From: Octopus vulgaris
Taxonomy: Eukaryota
Assembly: GCA_951406725.2 (NCBI GenBank)
Contig: OX597819.1
Location: forward strand, 130,386,001 to 130,450,000
Reading direction: 5' to 3'
DNA length: 64,000 bases
Part shown: piece by piece, positions 24,187 to 37,885 of the stretch
How the letters are laid out: every line of letters starts with the position of its first letter
How positions within the stretch are numbered: the stretch's first letter is position 1
The notes under the pieces: generated by a model
Database searches by the model: none
Seen by the model: the letters and a program-made list of their open reading frames with translations, nothing else
Told to the model about the DNA's origin: nothing
Translations under genes and position numbers: made by a program

Positions 24187-26019
24187 ATGCGGACTAACAC
24201 AATACAAAGAGGATACAAAGAGGGGCATTGTTAACGATATTAACTCTTGGCTTGATTTTATCTTCGTGTCGCAATATGGACTGTTCGCAAGCGAGGAATT
24301 TCGGAATATGACATTTGATCGAGACCGATTATCATGGACGTGCAAGTACTTATGACACCTCAAAACTACAGGGCTATTCCGGAGCTTTGTCCAGTTGCAG
24401 GCGCAGAATCTAAAACAAAAAGACTGATATTGCAGGACAGAAGATTCACTTGTTACACTCGGGAAAGATTCGTTTATAAGTTTTTCTACTTGAGTAGCAA
24501 GGACAACAACAGCAGCAGCCGTAAGAGACAACTCCAGCACTATCACCGATCAAAGCTTCGAGATTAACAGAGACGACGTCCGTATCATCAGTATCAGGAG
24601 CTGACCAGAAAGTGGGATGACCCATTAGTCTAGTTATAGCCATCAATAACATGGTGGAGATGAGGCCAGAGCAGTAACAACAACAACATTTAGAAAACCA
24701 GTCCCCACAACACCGGGAGTCATAGATTCGGAGATGATGGAAAAATCAGTGCATACTCGCGAGTCCGAAAATAAGTAACCAAGCACCACGTTTCCTGGCC
24801 AAAACTGGCAGCAGCAGCAGCAGCAGCAGCGCGCGTCCACCGTCTGGTAACGAGTGAGGAGATGGCGATAAAAGAAAAACAATTTCCGAACTTAGAATAT
24901 TTGAAGAAAATGAAGTAATAAACGTCCAAGAAAGGCAAAACGAACCATAAAAGAAAATAGCGATAAAAGATGAGAAACTGCATCCCTGCCCGATTCTCAT
25001 AACAGCGATGATGACGACAGCCAGAAGTGATCGTCCTTCGAAAGTTAGACAAGTATTTCAGACTAAGTTAAGCAATAGTAGTGCGGCGTATATAACCTGG
25101 GTGTATGAACTTTGAAGAGTAACTTGGGCTGGAATACGTATAAGGGACATTCAAAAGATGAAGCCGACGATGACATAACTGGGTGAAACTTCAAAGTTAC
25201 TGTCAACAACATTCTTGTTTAAGAATTATATATATATATATATTTATTTTTGTAATTTTTTATTTGAATTAAATTATGGCTTGTACTGTAGGGTCTGGCG
25301 AACCTATCTTACACATACTTATTTGTTTAAAAAATTAAAATATAGTTTATAGTATCAAACTATGAGAAAGTGATATAGAGGTCTGATGATTGGGGTTATA
25401 TTTTAAGAATGGTTCTGGTAAGGAACCGGGAAATGTACCTCAAGAAACACTGCAGTTTTTCGAAATCAGTGACGGAAGTCACTAGAAAAACCTATAAGTA
25501 TTTGCAAACAGGTCTTCCTTTCGTCGTAAACCGGTGATTACCGTACGTTGACAAGAGGCAAATTACCTTGAAACTGCTTAGGTTTACGAGGAAGGGATGA
25601 CCTCCCTTTGCAAATACCATAAGGGCACAGAAAGTGTGCCTAAAGCCAGCTGGAGACGATGATCTCCTGGGGCTAAAAGCTACAGTAACACCCACCCTTA
25701 GTGGTTAGCCATATTGATATGGCTAGTATACTTTACGTTGTCGAGCGGTTACTGTTTGCATCTCGTTCAGAGATTTATTGCTATATATACATATATATAT
25801 ATACATTTGTGGGGCGCGGTGATATCTCTAAGTATATAAAGCTTTAAGTGGCAGCATATAAACTTTGGACTGAAAAGCCGTTTTGGAGAGAAAAAACCGA
25901 AGGTGCTCTGCGTTTGTCGGAGAGCAAGAATATGCTTGAATGTTTGTGTGTGTTTGAACAAGTTTCTCTTCTCCCCCATTTTCCTTTTGAAATATTTTCC
26001 TGTCAGTTTTCTCATTAAT

Positions 26020-26507
26020 GAAAATAAAATGATTAAAAAGAAAAAAAAAAGAAAGGAAAGATGGGAGAGATGAAGAAAGAGAAAAAGAGGAAGTAATTAA
26101 AGAAATAGGGAAAGAGAAACGAAAACAACGGAAGAGAGAAAGAAAAGGTAAATGAGAGCGAAAAAGAAAAGAAAGAAAAGAAGAAAGGAACCGAATGAAG
26201 GATAGAAAGATCGAATGGGAGAAGGAGAGGAAGTCAATCAATGTTAGAGTCAGTCAATTTCGTAAACTTATAATTATTATTTTTGTTGTCTTTTTACACT
26301 TTGTTTTTCTTATTCGTTCGTTCAAATCATTTAAGCAGACGACCGTAACAACGAACATACGACACACACACTCACACCACTCACAACCAACAAGTTAACC
26401 TAATAATCTCCATCTAAATGAATGAAGGACGACGGTTGTTCCATAGAAGTTGGTAATTGTTCAAACATGAATTTAGTACCATCATCACCACCTAATACTC
26501 TCACACA

Positions 26508-26577
<70 letters not shown>

Positions 26578-27456
26578 TCAGACCCTCTTTTTCAGTTTCT
26601 TTCTTCCTCTCTCTCTTTCTCACTCCCTTTTTATTTCTCTCTTTCTCTCTCTTTCTCTCATTCTCTCTCTCTTTTTCTCATTCTCTCTCTCTCTCTCTTT
26701 CTCATTCTCTCTCTCTCTCTTTCTCTTATTCTCTCTCTCTCTCTCCCTCTCCCTTTTTCCTATCTTTTTCCAGTTTCATTGTTTTTCTCCTCCTTTTCCT
26801 TTCTTTCTGTCTTTCTTTTCCTCAGCCTGTCTTTTTCTTTCTTTCGTACACTTTTTTCTTTTTCTTTCTTTCTCCTATATTTCTCCCTCCCCCCTTTATC
26901 CCTTTATCTCTCTCTTTCTCTCTTTCCCCTCTTTCTTTCTCTCCCCTTTCTCTTTCTATCTGTTTTCCTTTCATTTACTTTCATTTTTTCTTCTCCCTCC
27001 CTTTCTATCTGTCTTTCTCATCTTTTCTCTATCTCCCTCTTACTTTCTCTCCCTCATCCTTCCTGTTTTTGACTTTCTTTCTCTTCACTTTCTTTTTCAT
27101 CATTTCTCTCCATCTATTTCTCTTTCTTTCTTTCTACTGTTTCCGTCTCTCTATTTTCTTTCTTTCTTTCTGTCTTTCTCTCTGCCTGTTTTTCTTTTTG
27201 TTTCTCTTTCTATCTCTCTTACTCCTCACACACTCTTTCTTTTTACTTTCCTTCATTCTTTCTTTCTCTCTATATCTCAGCCTTTCTTCTTCTCGGCCAG
27301 ACTTTCCTTTCTCTCTTCTCTTCTCCATCTCTCCCTATCATACTTTCTCTTCGTGCCTCTCATTCAATCTTCCTTTCTTTTACTCCGACCTCTCTTTCTC
27401 CGTCTCTCAATTTCTCCATCACGTTTCCTTTCAATCTCTCTTATTTTCTCCCATTT

Positions 27457-27527
<71 letters not shown>

Positions 27528-28048
27528 GTTCATACGTTTCCAAAACCTTAACGCCCTTCACCCACCAACACCACCACCAGCATTACTTCCGGACAGAACA
27601 CTTTACTTTCTCTAATTCTTCCAATCCGCCAATCCCAAGCCCTTATTCCCCCATTCTTCTATTCTCCCGTTCTCTCAATCTTCTATTCTTCCTTCCATTC
27701 ATTCGTTAAATATCCTTTCTTTTTAGCCTTAAATTTATTTATTGCTATATTTATATTTTTTTTTCCTATTTAGCTTTACCAGCACTCACTCCCCCTTCTC
27801 TCTTCATTAAACACGCACAAATACGCATGCGCCCCTCCTAATCACGTGCTATCTCTTTCTCACTAGCTCTCTTTATTAGCTTCTTTCTCTAACCCACCTC
27901 TCTCTCTCTCTCTCTCTCTCTTACTATCAATCATAGATACACACATATACATATATACACACACACACATAAACACAAATATACATGCTCTCCTCTTATT
28001 CTCTTTCTCACTATCTCTTACTCTCTCTTCCTTCCTTTATCTCTCTCC

Positions 28049-28079
<31 letters not shown>

Positions 28080-28330
28080 TCTCTCTGTATATATGTATAT
28101 ATACACACAGATATAAAAGTATGTAAACGTGTGTGTATATATCACAATTTGTAGTTCTCTGTCTTTGTGTTTCAGGAATCTTTGCCATTTAGTCTTCTCT
28201 CGTTCTCAATAATCCTCTCTCTCCTTTCTCTCCACCCTCTCTTTCTCTCTTTCTTTCTCTCTCCCTCTCTGTTCGTTTCCCTCCCCTTCGTTTTTCGTGT
28301 CTTTTTTTTTTCTCTCCCCCTTTTTCATTC
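26020..28330. repeat. Purine-rich tract followed by very long CT-rich polypyrimidine tracts
   Basis: GA-rich 26020-26232; (CT)n/(CTTT)n-rich 26510-27530 and 27780-28330. Confidence 0.9.
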
Positions 28331-28764
28331 CCATTCTAGGTGGAATTGGTAGTTCAATCATAATTAACCACTAATAGCTGCCTGTGACAATCATACAAAT
28401 AGAACGTAAAACTGAAAAAGATAAAAATAAAAAAAGGAAAGAAAACAAACCATAAACAAACATACAAACACACAAAAATGGACCATTCCTTTCTATTTTC
28501 CCTCTCTTAACGCGTGCAGAAAGCGGGAGAGAGAGAGAAAGATAGGAGAGAAAATGAGGGGGGAAAAAGAGACAGAAAGAGGGAGAGAGAAAGAGGGTCA
28601 TATAGAAAACATCATCAAACTACAGCCACATTTGCCTTCATTGTACACATATACTGCGATATTCAGAACTGGACACACAGACAGACCCACAAAACATAGA
28701 ATCGTAATCAAACACAATGATATTAGCAAACTGTAAAGCAATAAATACTAATAGAATTTTGTAG

Positions 28765-29133
28765 AAGTGGCTGTGTGGTAAGAACCTTGCTTCCCAATCA
28801 CATGGTTCCGGGATCAGTCCCACTGCGTGGCACCTTGAGCAAGTATCCTCTACTGTAGTCTCAGGCTGACCAAAGCCTTGTGAGTGGATTTGGTAGACGG
28901 AAACTGAAAGAAACCCGCTGTATATGTGTGTGTGTGTGTGTATTTGTGTGCCTGTGTTTGTTCCTCCTCACCATTCGCTTGACAACCGATGTTGGTGTGT
29001 TTACGTCCTCGTAATCTAGCGGTTCGGCAAAAGCGATCGATAGAATAAGTTCAGGGGTCGATTTGTTCGACTAAAGGTGGTGCTCCAGCATGACCGCAGT
29101 CAAATGACTGAAACATGTAAAAGAATAAAAGAA
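28765..29133 (+). mobile_element. SINE family B (extra tail copy at ~29231-29291)
   Basis: Family B match; second taaggtggtgctccagtatgcccgcagtcaagtgactg downstream. Confidence 0.88.
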
Positions 29134-29167
29134 TATACACACATACATACATATATGCATGTCCATA

Positions 29168-29221
<54 letters not shown>

Positions 29222-29304
29222 TATAGACATTTAAGGTGGTGCTCCAGTATGCCCGCAGTCAAGTGACTGTAACAAGTAAAAGAGTTGTAAAAGATTATAT
29301 ATAT

Positions 29305-29405
<101 letters not shown>

Positions 29406-29456
29406 GAAGTATATACGTATGCACGTATACATGGTATACATCTGTGTGTATGCATG

Positions 29457-29487
<31 letters not shown>

Positions 29488-30119
29488 AAAGTGGAAGAGG
29501 AAGAGGATTTATGAGGGGTGGATGAGAATAATTTAAAGAACGATACAAAGGATAAGGAGTAGAAGCGGATACAATCATGGAAGAGAATCAGAGAGAACGA
29601 GTTATAAGGTAGAAAAACGGAAAAAATAAAGGAAGGAGCGTGTTGGTATAGCTTTTAAAATGGTAGACACAAGGCGAGAATTGACGAGATGAAGCGAGAA
29701 TGCGCGAAGAGAAGAGGAGGAAAGGTGACGGGGGAAAGAAGAGAAAGAAAGAAATCAAGCGAGTTTTAATGAAAAGGAAATAACGATAAAGTGACGCGGG
29801 GTGGGGATTAATTGGACAGGAAGATAAATAATGAGAGAAAAAAAGGAGGAGTGACTGAAAGAGAGAGAGGGAGAAAATAGCGGGAGATTTAGGGAGGGAG
29901 AAGAGAGTTGGGAGACAGACGTCAAGAGACATCCACATACATGCATGCATGCATGCATACATACATACATGGATACATACGTAATATAAACATGTAGAGT
30001 CACACATAAACAGAAGACACAAAAAACCTGATAAGGCGATCAGACTAAATAGAGAAGCCATGTCTGAGGCAATGCTGCAATTTCTACCGTAAAATGTTGT
30101 TGGAAGCGTCGTTTCTGCA

Positions 30120-30216
30120 ATTGTTGTTGTTGTTGCTGTTGTTATTGCTGTTGCTGCTGCTGTTGTTGTTGTTGTTGCTGTTGTTGTTGTTGCTGTTCTT
30201 GTTGTTGTTGTTGATA

Positions 30217-30263
<47 letters not shown>

Positions 30264-30394
30264 TGTGGTGGTGGTGGTGGTGGTGGTAGTGGTGGTGGTG
30301 GTGGTGGTGGTGGTGGTGATGATGATGATGATGATGATGATGGTGGTGGTGATGGTGGTGGTAGTGGTGGTGGTGGTGGTGGTGGTGGTGATGA

Positions 30395-30428
<34 letters not shown>

Positions 30429-30472
30429 GGTGGTGATGATGGTGGTGGTGGTGGTGGTGGTCGTCGTCGTCG

Positions 30473-30505
<33 letters not shown>
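30120..30505. repeat. Compound (TTG)/(GAT)/(GGT) microsatellite
   Basis: Direct inspection; alternating GAT and GGT blocks. Confidence 0.95.
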
Positions 30506-30506
<1 letters not shown>

Positions 30507-31159
30507 GAGTGTCTCTTTGCTCAAGGCATTTATCCAGAAATGAACGAGAAGAAAATTTCCCGAACGCCGTTGGGAGTTCTTTTGTATTCCCTCGAAAGGA
30601 GAAATTGTGGAGGCTCTGACCGATGGTTGACCGAATATGCAGTCGATCGACCAAAGAAGAGGATAACAGAACGTACACTTAGCTTTCAAGAGGATGATGT
30701 GTTGAGGGCAGGTGGAGCGTGGCTATCATGCGCCTGCTCACAGTCTAGTCCTGCTGTGCATGGGTCTCATAAACACTAGGATCCAAGCCAGGGATATTAC
30801 TACGATATCAAAACTATTGACTTGTCATTACCTCTTCAGGGAGGGCAGACATGGGGCTGAACCGGGAACAGCGCGATGTCGGTGGTGTCCGCATTGACAT
30901 TCTGTTTTCAGTGGTTCCGTAAACAGTAATGCTACCTCGAAGATGTTCCCTCATTGATGGAATAGAAAGTCCGGTCAGATTTGGGATGCAAAATAGAAGG
31001 CCCTGTTGCTAGACGTGTGGTAGCAAAGGCCATCTGAGGTCCTTCACCCAGAAGAGGAGAAAAAGAAAAGAAAAAAACGGTGGCATTGCGGAGTAGAAGT
31101 GTCAATAGCTCTGTAAGCAATAATGCCATCTCGAAGCTGTTTCATCTTTGAAACAGAAA

Positions 31160-31492
31160 CTGCGTGGCACCTTGGGCAAGTGTTCTCTACTGTAGTCTCA
31201 GGCTGACCAAAGCTTTGTGAGTGGATTTGGTAGACGGAAACTGAAAGAAATCCGCCGTGTATATATATATGTGTGTGTGTATGTGTATGTGTGTGTGAGT
31301 GTGTGTGTGTGTGTGTGTGTGTATTTGTGTATTTGTGTGCCTGTGTTTGTTCCCCCTCACCATCGCTTGGCAACCGATGTCGGTGTGTTTACGTCCCCGT
31401 AACCTAACGGTTCGGCAAAAGCTATCGATAGAATAAGTCTCTGAGTCGATTTGTTCGACTAAAGGCGGTGCTCCTGCATGGCCGCAGTCAAA
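31160..31492 (+). mobile_element. SINE family B, 5'-truncated
   Basis: Begins at ctgcgtggcaccttgggcaagtg. Confidence 0.88.
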
Positions 31493-32753
31493 CAACAGTG
31501 CTGACTACAATCTATAGATATATTCCATAATGCAGTACAGCTTTGAAATAAAACCCCGTTAACATCCGCAATATATTGTTAATCGAGTTCGCTGCCAGGA
31601 ACACATTGATGTACCCAACTTTCTTAAGCTCTTTGTAGCTGTAGTGAGTTTATAAGCAGTATATCTAGGGGTAGTAAAAAAAAAAAAAGGTATGTGGTCA
31701 TTGATAAAATCTCAATACAGGACTGAAAAATATTTTGCTCACCATTTCTATCGACAAAGAGACAAAGTGTTTGCATCTGTAGTGCAGTCTAGCATTTCTT
31801 TCTTCTTTTCCCTTTTTTCCCCCCGTCTTTAAGATGCTAGGCTGTGATTTATAGACGACTGCGTTGCTATTTCTAACACATTTGACTACCAGATAAGATG
31901 GCACTCACAACAACGGCATCTGCCTCAGCATCAACAGCAATGTCGTGCTCATTTAACTATCGCCCACAGCACACGAATGTCCATACTGTCATCAAACTGT
32001 TAACCTTTATATTATATCATATTATATTATATTGAACAATGTCGCCCGCGCCATACTTGGCTGCCATTTTATAGTTGATAATGTCGTATAATAAGCTTTA
32101 ATCATTGCAAAAAGGCTATCTGTCAGCCAACGGCAATGAAGGACTAAAGAGAAAGCAAAACCCGGCCTCTGCACCACCACCACCGCCACCACCAACACCA
32201 TGACTAACAACGAACAAATAAAATAAAGAGATTAAATTAAGGTGAAAAACAAAAAAAAGAATATAGCATATCAATAGACTAGAGAATTATGGGATACTAT
32301 TTTCTCTAAAAAAGACATTGCGAAAGGCGAAAAAACAAAACAAAAAGAGAACGATGGTGACGGTTAGTGAAAATAGTGAATGAACGCAGACGACAGTCAA
32401 AGAAGAATAAAAAGGAAAAAGGAGGGAGAGAAGGGTTAAGGAAAGAAGAGGAGAGATGGGTTAAGTTGTGGAGAGAGATGTCGATTAGAAAAAGGAGTTG
32501 GAAAAGAACCATCAAATGCGTGGTGGTAGAATAATTAAATGGAATGAAATAGAGTTAAATAAAAGGCATCAAGAAATAACGAGAAGGTATCGAAGGACAG
32601 AGAGCGAGTAACGTTCAAGAGAGAGAGCTAGTAAATGTGTGTGTGTGTGTGTGTGTACTGTGTATGTACAAGAAGAGAGAGAGAAAGTGAGAGAGATTCA
32701 GCTAAAAGAGTAACGCACACACAAAGATATATGTATATATATATTTATATATA

Positions 32754-33148
32754 CTAGCAGTATCGCCCGGCGTTGCTCAGGTTTGTAAGGGAAATAACTA
32801 TATAAGCATTTTTAGAGAGTTATAGCCAAAAAATAGCAAAAAAATGCATTAAAAATGGAAAACAAATGATGGTAATTTTTTTTAAATCGTTGACTCATCG
32901 TAGACATTTTTAGAGAGTTACTTCCCCTATATAATAGCGAAAAAATGCATTAAAATGGAAAAAAATGATGGCAATTTTTTTTTTAAATCGTAGACTCATC
33001 GTAGACGCGCGCTAATACCCAGAAGGGCTCGATATGAATCACGACTATAAGATACCCGGTTTTGGTTAAACTGCACCGCAAAATGTGGGAGTAGTTAGGA
33101 ATCTAAATCGTAGGAGACAGACACACAACTTCTCCTTTATATATAAAG

Positions 33149-33149
<1 letters not shown>
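32754..33149 (-). mobile_element. Non-autonomous Helitron H2
   Basis: On the minus strand: TC start (tctttatatataaagg...tgtgtgtctgtctcctacg), hairpin gagcaacgccggg, terminal CTAG, A|T target. Confidence 0.88.
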
Positions 33150-33180
<31 letters not shown>

Positions 33181-33184
33181 CAGT

Positions 33185-33258
33185 GGGCAGTTTAGCTTAA
33201 TTGGTAAAGTACTTGACCAATAATCACAGGGATGTGAGTTCATGTTTCATGGCTGGCT
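33185..33258 (+). pseudogene. Degenerate tRNA-like sequence (Ile-AAT-like) or SINE head
   Basis: gggcagtttagcttaattggtaaagtacttgaccaataatcacagggatgtgagttcatgtttc has A-box, anticodon-loop-like AAT and B-box spacing. It is followed by a SINE B tail fragment. Confidence 0.45.
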
Positions 33259-33619
33259 GCTGACAAATTTTTCCACAAAACATTTTAACGGCGGTCCATC
33301 AACATGGCCGCAGCTCTGAGCTGAAACTAGAAAAAAAAAAATATATATATATATAATCGTGTGTGTATATATATCAATGCAAAATGTGTACTTGTATGTG
33401 TGTGCAAATGTGTTACAGTGTATGGCGTTATATAAACGCTTCACGATTAAAACTATTACATTCTTTGAACAATAAGGATATGAAACTCCGAGTTACGATT
33501 TAAAGAAACTGAAGTACTGAACACCATATGTGTGTGTGTGAGTGAGTCTGTATGTGTGAATTCATTTATGCATATACATACATATCTACATATGTATAAA
33601 TACACACACACGTGCGCAC

Positions 33620-33743
33620 ATATGGTAAGACAATTGCTTCCCAACCACATGGCTCCGGCTTCAGTGGTACTACTCGGGTCGACCAAAGATTTGTGAGTGG
33701 ATTTGGCAGACGGAAACTGAAAGAAGCCCTTTGTATACATATA

Positions 33744-33794
<51 letters not shown>

Positions 33795-33990
33795 ATGTCT
33801 CTGTTTGTGTTTGTCCCCCCAAAACGCTTGACAACCGGTGTGGGTGCGTTTACGTCCCCTTAATACTAGCGATTCACCAGAAGAGACCAATGGAAAGAGA
33901 ACCAGGCATAACAAAAAATAAAAAAAATTGTTCAAGGCGGTGCTCCAGCATGGCTACAGTCAAATGAGTGAAACAAGTAAAAGGTAAAAC
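33620..33990 (+). mobile_element. Degenerate SINE family B
   Basis: Family B match. Confidence 0.82.
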
Positions 33991-34268
33991 TTAACGTGTG
34001 TGTGCGTGCGCGTATGTGTATGATATGTATGTATATGTACACACACACATATAGAGAAGGGGGAAGCTCCAAATGTGTGCGCGTGCGCGTGCACATGTGT
34101 GTCTTTTTATATATATATATATATCAAAATAAGCAACAAGGATATCCAAGGTAGAGTGGTACAATTGTTTCATGCTACTTCATTTTATTAAACACTGTAA
34201 GTATTACATTAGTTTTGAAATGCCTTTAACTTAAGAACCATATTCATCTGAATCTAAATTTTGCTGAA

Positions 34269-34327
<59 letters not shown>

Positions 34328-34350
34328 ATGTATGTATGTATGTATGTATG

Positions 34351-34382
<32 letters not shown>

Positions 34383-35260
34383 TGTATGTATGTATGCATA
34401 TAAGTATATATGTATGTGTATGTATGCATGTAAGTATATATATATATGTATGTATGTATATATGTATGTACATATGTATGTATCCCGCATATACATTCAT
34501 AGGAACGTATATAATTGTCTTCAAATATCTATGAATGGAGACACGCTCACGCGCCTGCGCACATGTTCATGTACATGAATAGATATAAACATATACGGAT
34601 ATGTGCAAATGCATATGTTTGTGCGAATGTATATACGTAGGGGCACGCGTATACACATCAAGAAGAAGGAGGAGGAGAGGGAGGAGAAGAAGAAGAAGAA
34701 GAAGAAGAAGAAGACGAAGAAGAAGGGGAGAGGAATAAAAACGATCAAAATAAAGAAGAGGAAAAGGAAAGGGATGGAACAACGGAAGAGAAGGAGAAGG
34801 AAATCAAAGGTTTATTAGTGAACAAATAAACGAGATTGGAAGCTGAGTGTTTAGGGCTTTAAAACCGGAAGTGTGAGGGGCCGTGAAATAACTGCTGTAA
34901 TTGAGAGAGTGGATAAAGGGTGTAAGCGGAAGGGGAATGAGTGGTGGTAGCGGGAAGCAAAGTGTAATAGAGGGCAAAAGAGGGATGAGGGAGAAAGGGA
35001 AATGTGTTGAGGTGCTTGATTGAATAAAATTGAATAAACAAGGCCAGGGAAGATGGAGTTTGTAGAGATTATGGCAGGGTTGGAAATAAATCTGATTTGG
35101 TGAAAAAAAAAAAATGGAAGATGTCGGACTGAATAAAAGTGTTCGTACAAAAGCGAAATTGAAGATGTCGTACATACATTTGTACTGAACGTGCACACAT
35201 ACATGCATACCGACATACACACATACACACACACATATATATATATATATGTATGTATAA

Positions 35261-35321
<61 letters not shown>

Positions 35322-35368
35322 TGTATGTATTTATGTATGTATATAATTATAACATGTATATTTTTTTA

Positions 35369-35400
35369 CTGAATATGGTCTTTTTCCATACCGAAATACT
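35369..35400 (+). ncRNA. Hammerhead-like motif in a short element between (TA)n arrays
   Basis: ctgaatat-ggt-ctttttccat-acc-gaaatac. Confidence 0.4.
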
Positions 35401-35454
35401 ACTAGGTGAAATTTGTTGATTTTATTAAATTAATAACTTTTCACCCTATACCTG

Positions 35455-35563
<109 letters not shown>

Positions 35564-35736
35564 ATATATATATATGTACATATATATATATATATGTATG
35601 TATAAAGAGAGGGGGAGAAGGGCGGGAGATAAAGGCAGATAGACAGACAGCGAGAAAATGACAGGCAGTTATAGACGGATATGCAGCTAAGAAGATAGGT
35701 AAGACAGGTAGACACTTTGGCGGATGAATTTAGCAA

Positions 35737-35814
<78 letters not shown>

Positions 35815-36286
35815 TTTGTGCTTATCCCCTTCCCACTTACTGGCATCGGATATCGCCCGGTTTATCTCGCTATGATTTTGAGCTTCGGCAATAAATAAAC
35901 GAGACAGGTATCAAATATTAATAAAAAAATGTAATGAGGTCGGTTCGTTCGCCTAAAACCTTCAAGGCGTTGCTCCAGTATGGCGGCTGTCAAATGGCTG
36001 GAACAAGTTACAAGCATAAAAGAATACATTGTACGTATATATTTTTTTATTCTTTTTCTCTTTTTAATTCAAGATGAATTTTGAACGACCACCTGTTCGT
36101 TAGTAAGGATGCGAAGGAAAGCACTTTGCGTGTTCATCATTTTTTAATCTTATGAAGGTCTTTCAAATATTTATAGCACCAGATATCCGGATCATTTGTA
36201 GTGTAGGAATTTAGGATTTCATTCTCTCTCAAGGGCCCCAAGTTGGTACTGTTTTTACAATAATAATAGGTATGAAACTAAGTGTA

Positions 36287-36413
36287 GGCGCAGGAGTGGT
36301 TCCGGGTTCAGACCCACTACGTGGCATCTTGGGCAAGTGTCTTCTGCTATAACCCCGGGCCGACCAATGCCTTGTGAGTGGATTTGGTAGACGGAAACTG
36401 AAAGAAGCCTGTC

Positions 36414-36469
<56 letters not shown>

Positions 36470-36680
36470 TTGTGTGTCTGTGTTTCTCCCCCTAGCATTG
36501 CTTGACCACCGATGATGGTGTGTTTACGTCCCCGTCACTTAGCGGTTCGGCAAAAGAGACCGATAGGATAAGTACTGGGCTTACAAAGAATAAGTCCCGG
36601 GTCGATTTGCTCGACTAAAGGCGGTGCTCCAGCATGGCCGCAGTCAAATGACTGAAACAAGTAAAATAGTAAAATAGTAT
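36287..36680 (+). mobile_element. SINE family B (deletion in head)
   Basis: ggcgcaggagtgg joined directly to ttccgggttcagaccc; remainder matches family B. Confidence 0.9.
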
Positions 36681-36943
36681 AGTATAGTACCTGAGGTACT
36701 GGATTTGCAAAACTCCTTATAATAGTCAGTAGATTTCCTCATTCTGTTGTATTCTGTTGTCCAGAGAGCAGCTGAGGTCCACAGCCAAACGTATCCCTTT
36801 CTTTTTGGTCCTACACAACAATATCTGACCAATTGGGTTTTAATTTGGCGCCTGTTTTAATTTTTAAGTTCCATCTTTAATTTTTTATATATCGGTCTCA
36901 ATATAGTCAACATCGTCTGTACGTGTGTTCAGTTTTGTTATCC

Positions 36944-37885
36944 TATGTATGTATCTATGTGTGTATGTATGTATGTATGTATGTATGTATGTATGTATGT
37001 ATGTATGTATGTATGTATGTATGTATGCATGCATGTATGTATGTATGAATGTATGTATGTATGTATGTATGTATGTATGTATGTATGTATGTATGTATGT
37101 ATGTATGTGTGTATGTATGTATGTATGTATCTATGTGTGTATGTATGTATGTATGTATGTATGTATGTATGTATGTATGAATGTATGTATGTATGTGTGT
37201 GTATGTATGTATGTATGTATGTATATATGCATGTATGTATGTATGAATGTATGTATGTGTGTATGTATGTATGTATGTGTGTATGCATGTATGTATGCAT
37301 GCATGTATGTATGTATGTATGCATGTATGTATGTATCTATGTGTGTATGTATGTATGTATGTATGTATGTATGTATGTATGTGTGTGTATGTATGTATGT
37401 ATGTATGTATGTATGTATGTATGTATGTATGTATGTATGTATGTATGCATGCGTGCATGCATGTATGTATTATGTATGTATGTATGTATGTATGTATGTA
37501 TGTATGTATGAATGTATGTATGTATGTATGTATCTATGTGAGTATGTATGTATGTATGTATGTATGAATGTATGTATGTATGTGTGTGTGTGTATGTATG
37601 TATGTATGTATGCATGTATGTATGTATGAATGTATGTATGCGTGTATGTATGTATGTATGTATGTATGTATGAATGTATGCATGTATGTATGTATGAATG
37701 TATGTATGTGTGTATGTATGTATGTATGTATGTATGTATGTATGTATGTATGAATGTATGTATGTATGTATGTATGTATGTATGAATGTATGCATGTATG
37801 TATGAATGTATGTATGTGTGTATGTATGTATGTATGTGTGTATGTATGTATGTACGAAAGTATGCATGTATGTATGTATGTATGT
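36944..37885. repeat. ~940 bp (TATG)n array
   Basis: Direct inspection. Confidence 0.98.

Noticed and set aside
30505-30900. Possible exon or RTE C-terminal fragment after the GAT/GGT array
   Set aside because: No frame gave a motif I could recognise with confidence; left unassigned.
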